64,000 nt of DNA from Candidatus Omnitrophota bacterium (GTDB taxonomy: Bacteria > Omnitrophota > Gorgyraeia > 2-01-FULL-45-10), in the NCBI GenBank assembly GCA_026387175.1, contig JAPLME010000008.1:77091-141090 (forward strand). Direction: 5' to 3'. Shown here piece by piece: positions 30,315 through 39,120 of this stretch; within the stretch, counting starts at the first letter, position 1, and each line of letters starts with the position of its first letter. The notes under the pieces were generated by a model. The model was not told the DNA's origin and searched no databases. It saw nothing but the letters and a program-made list of their open reading frames with translations. The translations under genes and the position numbers were made by a program.

Positions 30315-30995
30315 ATGCATATACCCGATGGATATCTGGGGCCCGCTACCTGCGGTTTTTTTTACGCGATAATGGTCCCGATATGGGCCCTGGCTTCAAA
30401 GATAGTCAAGAAGACGCTTAATGCGAAGCAGGTGCCGCTTCTAGCCATAGGCGCGGCATTCAGTTTTGTCATTATGATGTTCAATGTGCCGATACCCGGA
30501 GGAACGACAGGGCACGCTGTAGGAGGTGTGCTGGTCGCTATCCTTATAGGCCCCTGGGCGGCGTGCATAGCTATCACGGTTGCTTTGGCAGTGCAGGCGC
30601 TTCTTTTCGGAGACGGCGGTATCACCGCTCTCGGCGCGAATTGTTTTAATATGGCATTTGCGCTGCCGTTCGCCGGCTACTATATATATAAAGCAATCAG
30701 CTATAACTCTCCTATAGGTTCAAACAGAAGGGTCATCGCCGCGGGTATTGCCGGTTATATCGCTGTAAGCGTCGCGGCCTCTTTGACCGGATTCGAATTC
30801 GGCATTCAGCCGTTATTGCATAAGACAGCGTCCGGACAGGCGTTGTATTGCCCTTATGGGTTGAATGTGGCGCTGCCTGTCATGCTGGGAGAGCATCTTT
30901 TAGTATTCGGATGGATAGAGGCCCTCGTGACGGCGCTTGTCGTCAAATATCTGCAAAAACAGGATCTTGGTTTACTTGGAGACGGGAGAGGGTGA
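30315..30995 (+). CDS. cbiM: ECF-type cobalt/nickel transporter substrate-capture subunit CbiM/NikM
   Basis: 226 aa polytopic membrane protein. It begins MHIPDGYL, the hallmark N-terminus of CbiM/NikM. Confidence 0.7.
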   Translation: MHIPDGYLGPATCGFFYAIMVPIWALASKIVKKTLNAKQVPLLAIGAAFSFVIMMFNVPIPGGTTGHAVGGVLVAILIGPWAACIAITVALAVQALLFGDGGITALGANCFNMAFALPFAGYYIYKAISYNSPIGSNRRVIAAGIAGYIAVSVAASLTGFEFGIQPLLHKTASGQALYCPYGLNVALPVMLGEHLLVFGWIEALVTALVVKYLQKQDLGLLGDGRG

Positions 30996-31330
30996 TGAAG
31001 AAGAACACTGCCAGGTTATGGATCGGACTGGTGATATTAGTTATCCTGTCTCCTCTTGGAGTAATTCTCCCAAAATATTTTAAGGCAGGAACCGCCTGGG
31101 GGGAGTGGGGCGCAGATGAGATGCGCAAGCTTGTTGGTTATATCCCTTTCGGTTTTGATAAGCTTTCAACTATGTGGAATGCGCCGCTGTCCGGCTATAT
31201 TTTTAAAGGCTGGGATGAGAAGGGGTTGGGACATTTAAGTTTGTCTTATTTAGCCTCTGCGATATTAGGGATAGCCATTACAGTGGCGATCATGTTGTTT
31301 TTGGGAAGAATCTTAACAAAAAAACGATAA
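30995..31330 (+). CDS. CbiN-like small membrane protein (two TM helices flanking an external loop)
   Basis: 112 aa. Its start overlaps the cbiM stop (ATGA). The topology matches CbiN. The longer ORF call from 30848 is rejected. Confidence 0.45.
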   Translation: MKKNTARLWIGLVILVILSPLGVILPKYFKAGTAWGEWGADEMRKLVGYIPFGFDKLSTMWNAPLSGYIFKGWDEKGLGHLSLSYLASAILGIAITVAIMLFLGRILTKKR

Positions 31331-31385
31331 AAATTTCAGAAACAGTAGCATATTCGCGGTAATTTTGGTATCATAATACCTTATC

Positions 31386-32492
31386 ATGGACCTCAAGAAG
31401 ACCCCTCTTATATATGAGCACGAACGTCTGGGCGCGAAACTTGCGCCGTTTGGCGGCTGGCTCATGCCGATACAATATTCCGGTATAATAGCCGAACATG
31501 TCTGGACGCGGAGCGAGGTTTCGCTCTTCGATATCTGCCATATGGGCGAATTCGTAATACGCGGCGAGCCTGAGAAGAGCGGATTCAACAATATTGTTAC
31601 TTTCGATCTAAGGACGCTCCCGATATTCAGTTGTCGTTACGGCTTTACACTGAATGATGCGGGCGGTATCATCGATGATCTGATTGTGTATAGGACGGCG
31701 GAGAACGAGTGGATGGTGGTGGTCAATGCCGCCACTATCGATGGCGATGAAGCTCACTTTCGTAAGCATTTATCCCGGAGTACAGATTTTCAGAATGTGT
31801 CATCCGCATTGGGGAAGCTGGATTTGCAGGGCCCTCGCTCATTAGATTCATTGAAGAGACTTGCGGGGCCCGGCGTAGCGAACCTTGACTACTATAAATT
31901 AGGTTATTTCAATGTTTTGGGCGAAAAAATCATTATCAGCAGGACCGGCTATACAGGGGAACTCGGATATGAGCTCTATATATCCGCCGATAAGGTGAAG
32001 GAGCTTTGGAAGAAACTCCTTGCGGATGGCCGAGTAAAGCCGGCGGGGCTTGGGGCCAGAGACACGCTTCGCCTGGAGATGACTTATCCGCTGTACGGCC
32101 AGGACATCACGGCCGATACCACTCCGCTCGAGGCGGATAAAGGAAAGTTCGTAGATCTTAATAAAGACTTTATCGGCAAACCTGCGCTTTTAAAAAAAAG
32201 CAAGCCGTCGAGAAAGTTGATCAGTTTTATTGCGGAGTCGCGCCGCTCGCCGCGGCATAATTACAGGATATTGGTGAACGGCAAAGACGCAGGTGTGGTC
32301 ACAAGCGGTTCATTCTCTCCCAGCCTTTCATGCGGCATCGGTATGGGATATGTCGATCTTCCATGCGCTCCCGGGAGCCGGATAACGCTTAAAGAGAATG
32401 ACGTCGAGATAGGGGCTACGGTAACGAAAGGGCCGTTTTATAAAAAGGGTACCGCAAAAATATCGGAGGATTCGCATGCACATACCGGATGA
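31386..32492 (+). CDS. gcvT: glycine cleavage system aminomethyltransferase T protein
   Basis: 368 aa. GcvT family motifs (LFDICHMGEF; RTGYTGELGYE). Confidence 0.85.
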   Translation: MDLKKTPLIYEHERLGAKLAPFGGWLMPIQYSGIIAEHVWTRSEVSLFDICHMGEFVIRGEPEKSGFNNIVTFDLRTLPIFSCRYGFTLNDAGGIIDDLIVYRTAENEWMVVVNAATIDGDEAHFRKHLSRSTDFQNVSSALGKLDLQGPRSLDSLKRLAGPGVANLDYYKLGYFNVLGEKIIISRTGYTGELGYELYISADKVKELWKKLLADGRVKPAGLGARDTLRLEMTYPLYGQDITADTTPLEADKGKFVDLNKDFIGKPALLKKSKPSRKLISFIAESRRSPRHNYRILVNGKDAGVVTSGSFSPSLSCGIGMGYVDLPCAPGSRITLKENDVEIGATVTKGPFYKKGTAKISEDSHAHTG

Positions 32493-32862
32493 TCTTTTAT
32501 ACACGAAAGAACATGAATGGGTAAGAATCAAAGGTAAGACCGCTGCTATCGGCATCACCGATTATGCTCAAGGGTCATTAGGTGATATCACATTCGTAGA
32601 TATAGCTAAAGCGGGAAATGCCATTGAGCAGTTTAAACAATATGCCACGGTCGAGTCGGTCAAGGCGGCGTCCGATGTGTATGCGCCGGTATCCGGCAAG
32701 ATTTCAAAGATTAACGGAGAACTTGCCATCCATCCGGAGCTTGTCAACCAGTCGCCGTACGATAAAGGCTATTTCGCGGTAGTTGATATAAATAATGACA
32801 AGGATCCCTCGAGGCTCATGTCTGCCGCAGAATATAAAAAATATGTAGAGGGATTGTCTTAG
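32476..32862 (+). CDS. gcvH: glycine cleavage system H protein (lipoyl carrier)
   Basis: 128 aa. It carries the lipoyl-lysine motif ESVKAASDVYAP. Confidence 0.85.
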   Translation: MHIPDDLLYTKEHEWVRIKGKTAAIGITDYAQGSLGDITFVDIAKAGNAIEQFKQYATVESVKAASDVYAPVSGKISKINGELAIHPELVNQSPYDKGYFAVVDINNDKDPSRLMSAAEYKKYVEGLS

Positions 32863-34200
32863 ATGAACTATGTCCCGCATACCGACAAGGATAAGGCCGA
32901 TATGCTGAAGGCTATAGGCGCCAAGTCGGTCGAAGACCTGTTTAAAGATATCGCTCCGGCGCTTAGGCCGAAATCGTTCGATATCCCCGAAGGTAAATCG
33001 GAGTTCGAGGTCTGCCGCTACATTAAGTCGCTTGCCTCGAAGAACGCCACAAACCTTATCAGTTTCCTGGGCGCCGGTTTCTACGATCACTATATTCCCG
33101 CGGCGGTCGATGCTCTTGCATCGAGGTCAGAATTCTATACCGCATACACTCCGTATCAGCCTGAGTCGTCTCAAGGATGGCTTCAGGCGATCTATGAATA
33201 TCAGACAGCCATCTGTGAACTTATGGAACTCGATGTCTCCAATGCGTCGCTCTACGACGGTGGAACGGCGCTCTATGAGGCCGCCATGATGGCGGTAAGG
33301 CTCACCGGGCGGAAAAAGATCATCGTGGACCAGGGTGTAAACCTTATTTACCGGACCATGCTCTACACCTATACGTCCAACCTGTCTATAGAATTTGTTG
33401 AAACGCCGGTCGTTCACGGCCAGAGCTCCCGCGAAGCGGTATTGAAACATCTTGATAGCAATACCGCCGCTGTTATACTGCAGAATCCTAACTTTTTCGG
33501 CGCAATCGACGATTATACCGATATAGTGAAGAAGAGCCACGAGGCAGGCGCTATCGCCATACAATCGGTATATCCGATATCGATGGGCATGCTTAAAACT
33601 CCCGGCGAGATGGGATTCGATATCGCCACCGGCGAAGGGCAGAGCCTTGGGATACCGCTTTCATTCGGCGGGCCGTATTTAGGGTTCATGGCCGCCAGAA
33701 AAGAGCATGTCAGGCAGATGCCGGGCAGGATAGTGGGCGCAACGGTCGATATGGACGGGAAGAGAGGATACGTGCTTACTCTGCAGACGAGAGAGCAGCA
33801 CATAAGAAGGGAAAAGGCGACCTCAAATATCTGTTCCAACGAGGCGCTCTGCGCCTTGCGCGCGGTCATATATCTTTCGCTTATAGGCAAGACGGGATTA
33901 AAGGAACTGGCGCAGCTTAATCATGACAAGGCGGAATTCGCCAAAAGCGTCCTTGAAAAGATATCCGGGGTGACGGTGAAGAGAAGTTCGCCGACGTTTA
34001 ATGAGTTTACCATATGCCTTCCGAAGAATGCCGATGATGTGGTACACAAGATGGTCGAGAAAGGTTACGCGGCAGGTTTTCCCTTGGGCAGGTTTTATAA
34101 AGGAATGGAAAATTATCTTCTCTTAGCGGTGACCGAGAAGAGGACGAAGGAAGATATCCTCAAGTTCGGGGATAGCCTGGAGGCCGTATTATGCGACTGA
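32863..34200 (+). CDS. gcvPA: glycine dehydrogenase (decarboxylating) subunit 1
   Basis: 445 aa with P-protein N-terminal-half motifs. It is followed by subunit 2. Confidence 0.85.
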   Translation: MNYVPHTDKDKADMLKAIGAKSVEDLFKDIAPALRPKSFDIPEGKSEFEVCRYIKSLASKNATNLISFLGAGFYDHYIPAAVDALASRSEFYTAYTPYQPESSQGWLQAIYEYQTAICELMELDVSNASLYDGGTALYEAAMMAVRLTGRKKIIVDQGVNLIYRTMLYTYTSNLSIEFVETPVVHGQSSREAVLKHLDSNTAAVILQNPNFFGAIDDYTDIVKKSHEAGAIAIQSVYPISMGMLKTPGEMGFDIATGEGQSLGIPLSFGGPYLGFMAARKEHVRQMPGRIVGATVDMDGKRGYVLTLQTREQHIRREKATSNICSNEALCALRAVIYLSLIGKTGLKELAQLNHDKAEFAKSVLEKISGVTVKRSSPTFNEFTICLPKNADDVVHKMVEKGYAAGFPLGRFYKGMENYLLLAVTEKRTKEDILKFGDSLEAVLCD

Positions 34201-35639
34201 TCTTCGAGAAGAATGTAAAGGGCCGGCGCGGCCTTAAGATCCAGGCATCCGACGTTCCGGCGACTTCCGCGCTGGAGGCTAAATATCTCCGGAAAGATCC
34301 GCCGGACCTTCCGGACATTTCGGAACTCGACGTAGTGCGCCATTACACGAATCTGTCACGGCTCAACTTCTCAGTCGATACTAATTTTTATCCCCTGGGC
34401 TCCTGCACGATGAAGTACAATCCGAAATTCACCGAAGTTCTCGCGGGCCTGGAAGGTTTCACCGCGGTCCATCCTCTTCTACCGCAGCTTTCAGGCGGCG
34501 GCATCCTGACGCAAGGTTCTCTCGAAGTTATCTATAATACAAAAAAACTTCTTTGCGAGATAACGGGTATGGCCGGGTTTACTATGCAGCCGCTTGCCGG
34601 AGCTCATGGGGAGTTGACGGGCGTTATGCTGATAGCCGCCTATCACAGGCACCACGGATTGCGGAGGAAGTATGTTATAGTTCCGGACTCTTCACACGGC
34701 ACAAACCCTGCGAGCGCGGCGATAGCCGGTTATCAGGTCATAGTGATACCGACAGATAGCGATGGTTACATGAATATAGCGGAGTACAAGAGGCGGCTGA
34801 ACGATGAAGTGGCCGCGGTCATGCTTACGTGTCCTGACACTCTGGGCATATTCAATCCACGTATTAAGGAGATCACCGATCTTGCGCACGACGTGGGGGC
34901 GTTGATGTATTATGATGGAGCGAATCTGAACGCCGTTCTGGGCAAGTGCCGCCCGGCGGATATAGGGTTCGATGTAATGCACATTAACCTTCATAAGACA
35001 TTTGCGACACCTCATGGCGGCGGCGGCCCGGGATCCGGACCGGTAGGCGTGTGCGAGAAGCTGATAGATTTTCTGCCGATCCCGCGCATAGTTAAGCGCT
35101 CCGACGGCACATTCGCCCTCGATTATCACAGGCATAAGTCCATAGGATATATAGCGCCGTTCTACGGCAACTTCGGCGTAATATTGAAGGCATATGCCTA
35201 TATGCTTTTATTGGGGAAGAAAGGCCTTATAGAGGCATCGGAATCCGCGGTCCTCAGCGCCAATTATTGCAGGGTAAAACTTAAAGGCCATTACGATATA
35301 CCTTTCGACAGGATATGTATGCACGAATGCGTCCTATCCGCCTCGAAACAGATCAAAAACGGCGTGCATGCCCTCGACATCGCCAAATATCTTATCGATA
35401 TGGGGTATCATCCTCCTACAATATACTTCCCGCTGATAGTCAAAGAGGCGATCATGATAGAACCCACAGAGACAGAATCTAAAGAGACGCTCGATGAATT
35501 TATCGAAACGATGATAGCGATAGCCAAACTCGCCGAGACAGATCCGCAAGCTGTAAAGCGCGCGCCGCTTACAAGGTCCGTGAAGAGGCTCGATGAGACT
35601 AAGGCGGCCCGAGAGCCTAACTTGCGCTGGCGCGCCTAG
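34191..35639 (+). CDS. gcvPB: glycine dehydrogenase (decarboxylating) subunit 2, PLP-dependent
   Basis: 482 aa. It has the PLP-lysine region (HINLHKTFATPHGGGGPG). Confidence 0.85.
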   Translation: MRLIFEKNVKGRRGLKIQASDVPATSALEAKYLRKDPPDLPDISELDVVRHYTNLSRLNFSVDTNFYPLGSCTMKYNPKFTEVLAGLEGFTAVHPLLPQLSGGGILTQGSLEVIYNTKKLLCEITGMAGFTMQPLAGAHGELTGVMLIAAYHRHHGLRRKYVIVPDSSHGTNPASAAIAGYQVIVIPTDSDGYMNIAEYKRRLNDEVAAVMLTCPDTLGIFNPRIKEITDLAHDVGALMYYDGANLNAVLGKCRPADIGFDVMHINLHKTFATPHGGGGPGSGPVGVCEKLIDFLPIPRIVKRSDGTFALDYHRHKSIGYIAPFYGNFGVILKAYAYMLLLGKKGLIEASESAVLSANYCRVKLKGHYDIPFDRICMHECVLSASKQIKNGVHALDIAKYLIDMGYHPPTIYFPLIVKEAIMIEPTETESKETLDEFIETMIAIAKLAETDPQAVKRAPLTRSVKRLDETKAAREPNLRWRA

Positions 35640-35648
35640 AGTCAAAAG

Positions 35649-36470
35649 ATGAGCGTATCCTGGCGGATCATCGATACCGGGCCCATGGATCCTGCCGCTA
35701 ACATGGCATTCGATGAGGCTATCCTGCAGGGATATCAATGTCATTCTTCTCCTCCGACGCTGCGTATTTACGGATGGAAAAATCCGGGCCTTTCGCTCGG
35801 GTATTCACAGGATCCTGAGCAGGAGCTCGATATCGAGTTCTGCCGAAAGGTATCGATGCCGTTCGTGAGAAGGATTACGGGCGGCGGGATCATATTACAC
35901 GGTAACGAACTCACCTATAGCCTTGTCTGTTCAAAGTCCGACCTTAGCATTCCCGCGCATGTATTGTCATCATATAAGATCATCTCTTCGTTCTTGATTG
36001 CATTTTATAATGCCTTAGGTATAAAGGCCCGGTTTGCGTGCGATGTCGTGAAGAATGAAACGCTTTCGGAGCCTTCGGCAATATGTTTTGCGGCAAAAGA
36101 GAAGTATGATATAGTTTCAGGCGGTAGAAAGATAGGCGGCAGTGCCCAGAAGCGGACGCGCGGCGTAATATTTCAACACGGCAGTATTCCTTTCAATTTC
36201 GACAGGGGGCGGGCCTTGTCCTTTTCGAGAGCGGAGCTTCCTCGCGGTAGTGAATACGATGCGGTCTGTCTGGAAGAAGTTCTGGGCCGTGGTGTTAATG
36301 CGGCAGATATGTCTAAGGTCATGATAAGAGCGTTTACAGAGTCATTCGATATTAGGGCCGAGGTGGGCGGGCTTTCAAGCGCAGAAGAAGAGTGTTTCTC
36401 GAAGCTGAAAACGATGAAATATGAAAGCTCCGATTGGAATTTTAACAGGATAGATAGGTTGCGAGCATAA
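35649..36470 (+). CDS. lipoate-protein ligase / octanoyltransferase family protein (BPL/LPL catalytic domain)
   Basis: 273 aa. It has the motif VRRITGGGIILHG characteristic of LplA/LipM-type enzymes. Confidence 0.7.
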   Translation: MSVSWRIIDTGPMDPAANMAFDEAILQGYQCHSSPPTLRIYGWKNPGLSLGYSQDPEQELDIEFCRKVSMPFVRRITGGGIILHGNELTYSLVCSKSDLSIPAHVLSSYKIISSFLIAFYNALGIKARFACDVVKNETLSEPSAICFAAKEKYDIVSGGRKIGGSAQKRTRGVIFQHGSIPFNFDRGRALSFSRAELPRGSEYDAVCLEEVLGRGVNAADMSKVMIRAFTESFDIRAEVGGLSSAEEECFSKLKTMKYESSDWNFNRIDRLRA

Positions 36471-37366
36471 TGATGGATAGAATAGAAAGAAATATAAAAC
36501 GGCCCTTCTGGATAAATAAAAAGATCAATCTTAGAGATTGCGCCGATGTGAAGAAGAAACTCGGTAGTCTGGGTCTCAATACCGTCTGTGAAGAGGCGCT
36601 TTGCCCGAATATAGGGGAGTGTTTCTCTAAGGCTCAGGCCACGTTTCTTATCCTGGGAAAGATATGCACCAGGCAGTGCTCATTTTGCGGAGTGAAAAAG
36701 GGCTCTCCGTCACCGGTCGACCCCGATGAGCCCGCGAAGGTGGCAGATGGGGCGCGGCGACTGGGCCTGAGACATGTGGTTATAACAAGCGTTACGCGCG
36801 ACGACCTGCCAGACGGCGGAGCGCAGGCCTTTATCGATACCATATCGTGCCTGCGCAGGCACGAACGGAAAATCGTGATCGAGATATTGACGCCCGATTT
36901 TAATTTTGACAAATCCGCGATACAAAATGTAGCTATGGCCGAGCCGGATATCTTCGCTCACAACATAGAGACTGTGCCGCGGCTGTATATGGAAGCGCGT
37001 AACGGCGCGGATTACGACAGATCGCTCAGGGTGCTATCATATATAAAGGAATGCGATAATGCCATGCATGTGAAATCAGGCATCATGTTGGGCTTGGGTG
37101 AGCGCGAGGATGAGGTGCTTAGCACCTTCCGCGATATCGCCGGAACCGGATGTGATTTTTTAAGTATCGGGCAGTATCTCGCGCCAAGCAAGAATCATCT
37201 GCCGGTGAAGGAGTACGTATCTCCCGATAGATTCAAGCGGTACAAAGAGGATGCATTGAAAGCAGGTTTTCGCCATGTCGTAAGCGGCCCATATGTACGA
37301 AGCTCGTATTCGGCATCGGAATATCTGGAATCGGAAGGGGCACCGGTCAATGGCAGCTGTCAATAG
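36470..37366 (+). CDS. lipA: lipoyl synthase (radical SAM)
   Basis: 298 aa. It has the N-terminal auxiliary-cluster cysteines (CEEALCPNIGEC) and the radical-SAM motif CTRQCSFC. Confidence 0.85.
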   Translation: MMDRIERNIKRPFWINKKINLRDCADVKKKLGSLGLNTVCEEALCPNIGECFSKAQATFLILGKICTRQCSFCGVKKGSPSPVDPDEPAKVADGARRLGLRHVVITSVTRDDLPDGGAQAFIDTISCLRRHERKIVIEILTPDFNFDKSAIQNVAMAEPDIFAHNIETVPRLYMEARNGADYDRSLRVLSYIKECDNAMHVKSGIMLGLGEREDEVLSTFRDIAGTGCDFLSIGQYLAPSKNHLPVKEYVSPDRFKRYKEDALKAGFRHVVSGPYVRSSYSASEYLESEGAPVNGSCQ

Positions 37367-38189
37367 CAACAGGTTCATAGAGCGGTCGATTTCCGGTACG
37401 GTCTCTTTCTTGAAAGAGTCCGTCTTTTCGGATGAATACGCATCGAGAAAAGGCCTCCTGCAGTCCATTGATCCGAGGATGAAGCTTGTGACATTCGCGC
37501 TCTTGCTCCTGACGGTCTTGTTCACTAAAAGTATAGCAACGGTCTTTTATCTTTATGTCGTATCGCTTATATTTACCTATTTATCGAAGATCGATCTGGC
37601 CTTCTTCCTTAAGAGAACCTGGATATTCATTCCGCTATTCTCTCTCTTTATAGCTATTCCGGCGTTATTCAGTGTCTTCACTCCGGGGGAGACGATATCG
37701 GGCTTTAACGTCTTCGGATTACACTTTATTATTACGCGACAGGGATTATACGGCGCTTCATTATTTATTATGCGCGTTATAACTTCCGTATCTTTTGCTG
37801 TACTACTTAGCATCACCACGAAACATTTTGAACTTTTGAAGGTATTACGCATATTCAGGGTGCCTCAAGTCTTTGTTATGATACTGGGGATGTGCTACCG
37901 GTACATCTACTTATTTGCAGAAGTTGTAGAAAATACTTACCTCGCGATAAAGAGCCGCGTGGGGACAGCGATGCATTACAAGAAAGGCCAGCATATCGTA
38001 GCATGGAGCATGGCATCGCTCTGGTATAGGTCGTACCGGTTTAATGAGGAAGTGTATAGCGCGATGCTCTCGAGAGGGTATAGGGGAGAGCCCGTCATCT
38101 TCAATGATTTCAGGATGAGGTCAAGGGATTGGCTGTGGTTAGGTTTCGTGGTAATAATATGCGCTGTGCCCATATATCTGGCGCGTTAA
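37350..38189 (+). CDS. cbiQ: ECF transporter transmembrane component CbiQ/EcfT
   Basis: A polytopic membrane protein. The conserved CbiQ start (IDPRMKLVTFALLLL) supports an ATG at 37350 rather than 37293. It overlaps the lipA 3' end in another frame. Confidence 0.6.
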   Translation: MAAVNSNRFIERSISGTVSFLKESVFSDEYASRKGLLQSIDPRMKLVTFALLLLTVLFTKSIATVFYLYVVSLIFTYLSKIDLAFFLKRTWIFIPLFSLFIAIPALFSVFTPGETISGFNVFGLHFIITRQGLYGASLFIMRVITSVSFAVLLSITTKHFELLKVLRIFRVPQVFVMILGMCYRYIYLFAEVVENTYLAIKSRVGTAMHYKKGQHIVAWSMASLWYRSYRFNEEVYSAMLSRGYRGEPVIFNDFRMRSRDWLWLGFVVIICAVPIYLAR

Positions 38190-38208
38190 AATAAAGGCTT
38201 GATGGATC

Positions 38209-39024
38209 ATGAGTGATGCTGTATTTCAGTTAAGCGATATTCACTTCTCGTACCTTGGAAAATATCCGGCTCTTTGCGGGATAGACATGACGATCGAGAA
38301 GGGCCAGAAAGCGGTGATCATCGGCGCAAACGGCTCCGGCAAGTCAACACTTCTGCATATGCTCGATGGGCTCATATTCCCCAACAGAGGCACCATTACG
38401 GCTTTCGGCAGGGCGATGAGCGAAGAGGTGTTTAGCGATCAGGAGTTTTCTCGGGATTTCCGCAAGAAGGTCGGATTTGTATTCCAGAATCCCGATGTTC
38501 AGTTATTCTGCCCCAGCGTAAAAGAAGATATTCTCTTTGGGCCGCTCCAACTTAAAGAAGATAAAAAAGAGATCGAAAAGCGCCTTGAGAGGCTCATCGA
38601 CATTTTGGACATTAAAGAGTTGCTCGACAGGTCGCCTCATCAGTTGAGTGTCGGTGAAAAGAGAAAGGTTACGATAGCCTCGACCCTGATCATAGATCCT
38701 GAAGTGCTCCTTCTGGATGAGCCGACGGCCGGACTCGACCCATTGACCACCAGGCATATCATGGATTTTCTTATCAATGAGAACAAAGCCGGAAAGACGA
38801 TAATCACATCCACGCATGACCTGCATATCGTCGAAGAGATAGCGGATAAGGTCCTTGTATTCAGCCGAGATAAAAAGATAGTGAAGTCCGGATCCCCCGA
38901 AGAGATATTGAAGGATATGGCGCTTCTTCAGGAGCATAACCTGGTGCATATACATGCGCACAGGCATGACGGCCGGACACATGTCCACCCGCACGAGCAC
39001 CCCAGCCATGATCATACTCACTGA
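38209..39024 (+). CDS. cbiO: ECF/cobalt transporter ATP-binding subunit CbiO/EcfA with a histidine-rich C-terminal tail
   Basis: 271 aa. It has Walker A (GANGSGKST), the ABC signature (LSVGEKRKV) and Walker B (LLLDEPTAGLD). The C-terminal 25 aa are HIHAHRHDGRTHVHPHEHPSHDHTH. Confidence 0.75.
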   Translation: MSDAVFQLSDIHFSYLGKYPALCGIDMTIEKGQKAVIIGANGSGKSTLLHMLDGLIFPNRGTITAFGRAMSEEVFSDQEFSRDFRKKVGFVFQNPDVQLFCPSVKEDILFGPLQLKEDKKEIEKRLERLIDILDIKELLDRSPHQLSVGEKRKVTIASTLIIDPEVLLLDEPTAGLDPLTTRHIMDFLINENKAGKTIITSTHDLHIVEEIADKVLVFSRDKKIVKSGSPEEILKDMALLQEHNLVHIHAHRHDGRTHVHPHEHPSHDHTH

Positions 39025-39076
39025 TCATCTAGTTAAATTATAAAAAAGTTATATTTAGGCTATTGCTATATGGTAA

Positions 39077-39103
39077 ATTGTACTATATACTATATAGTAC
39101 AAT
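39077..39103. promoter_or_regulatory. perfect 27-bp palindrome, a likely operator, 18 nt upstream of the giant ORF
   Basis: ATTGTACTATATA-C-TATATAGTACAAT is an exact reverse complement about its central C (39090). It sits in an AT-rich leader just before the RBS and ATG at 39121. Confidence 0.5.
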
Positions 39104-39120
39104 AAAAAGGTAAATCATGT

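Noticed and set aside
30848-31330. 160-aa ORF call extending upstream into cbiM.
   Set aside because: The upstream 49 codons overlap cbiM in another frame and are Arg/Gly-rich noise. The membrane protein starts at the ATG at 30995, overlapping the cbiM stop.
37293-37349. Upstream start for cbiQ.
   Set aside because: The conserved CbiQ N-terminal region (IDPRMKL) favours the ATG at 37350. The exact start remains uncertain.
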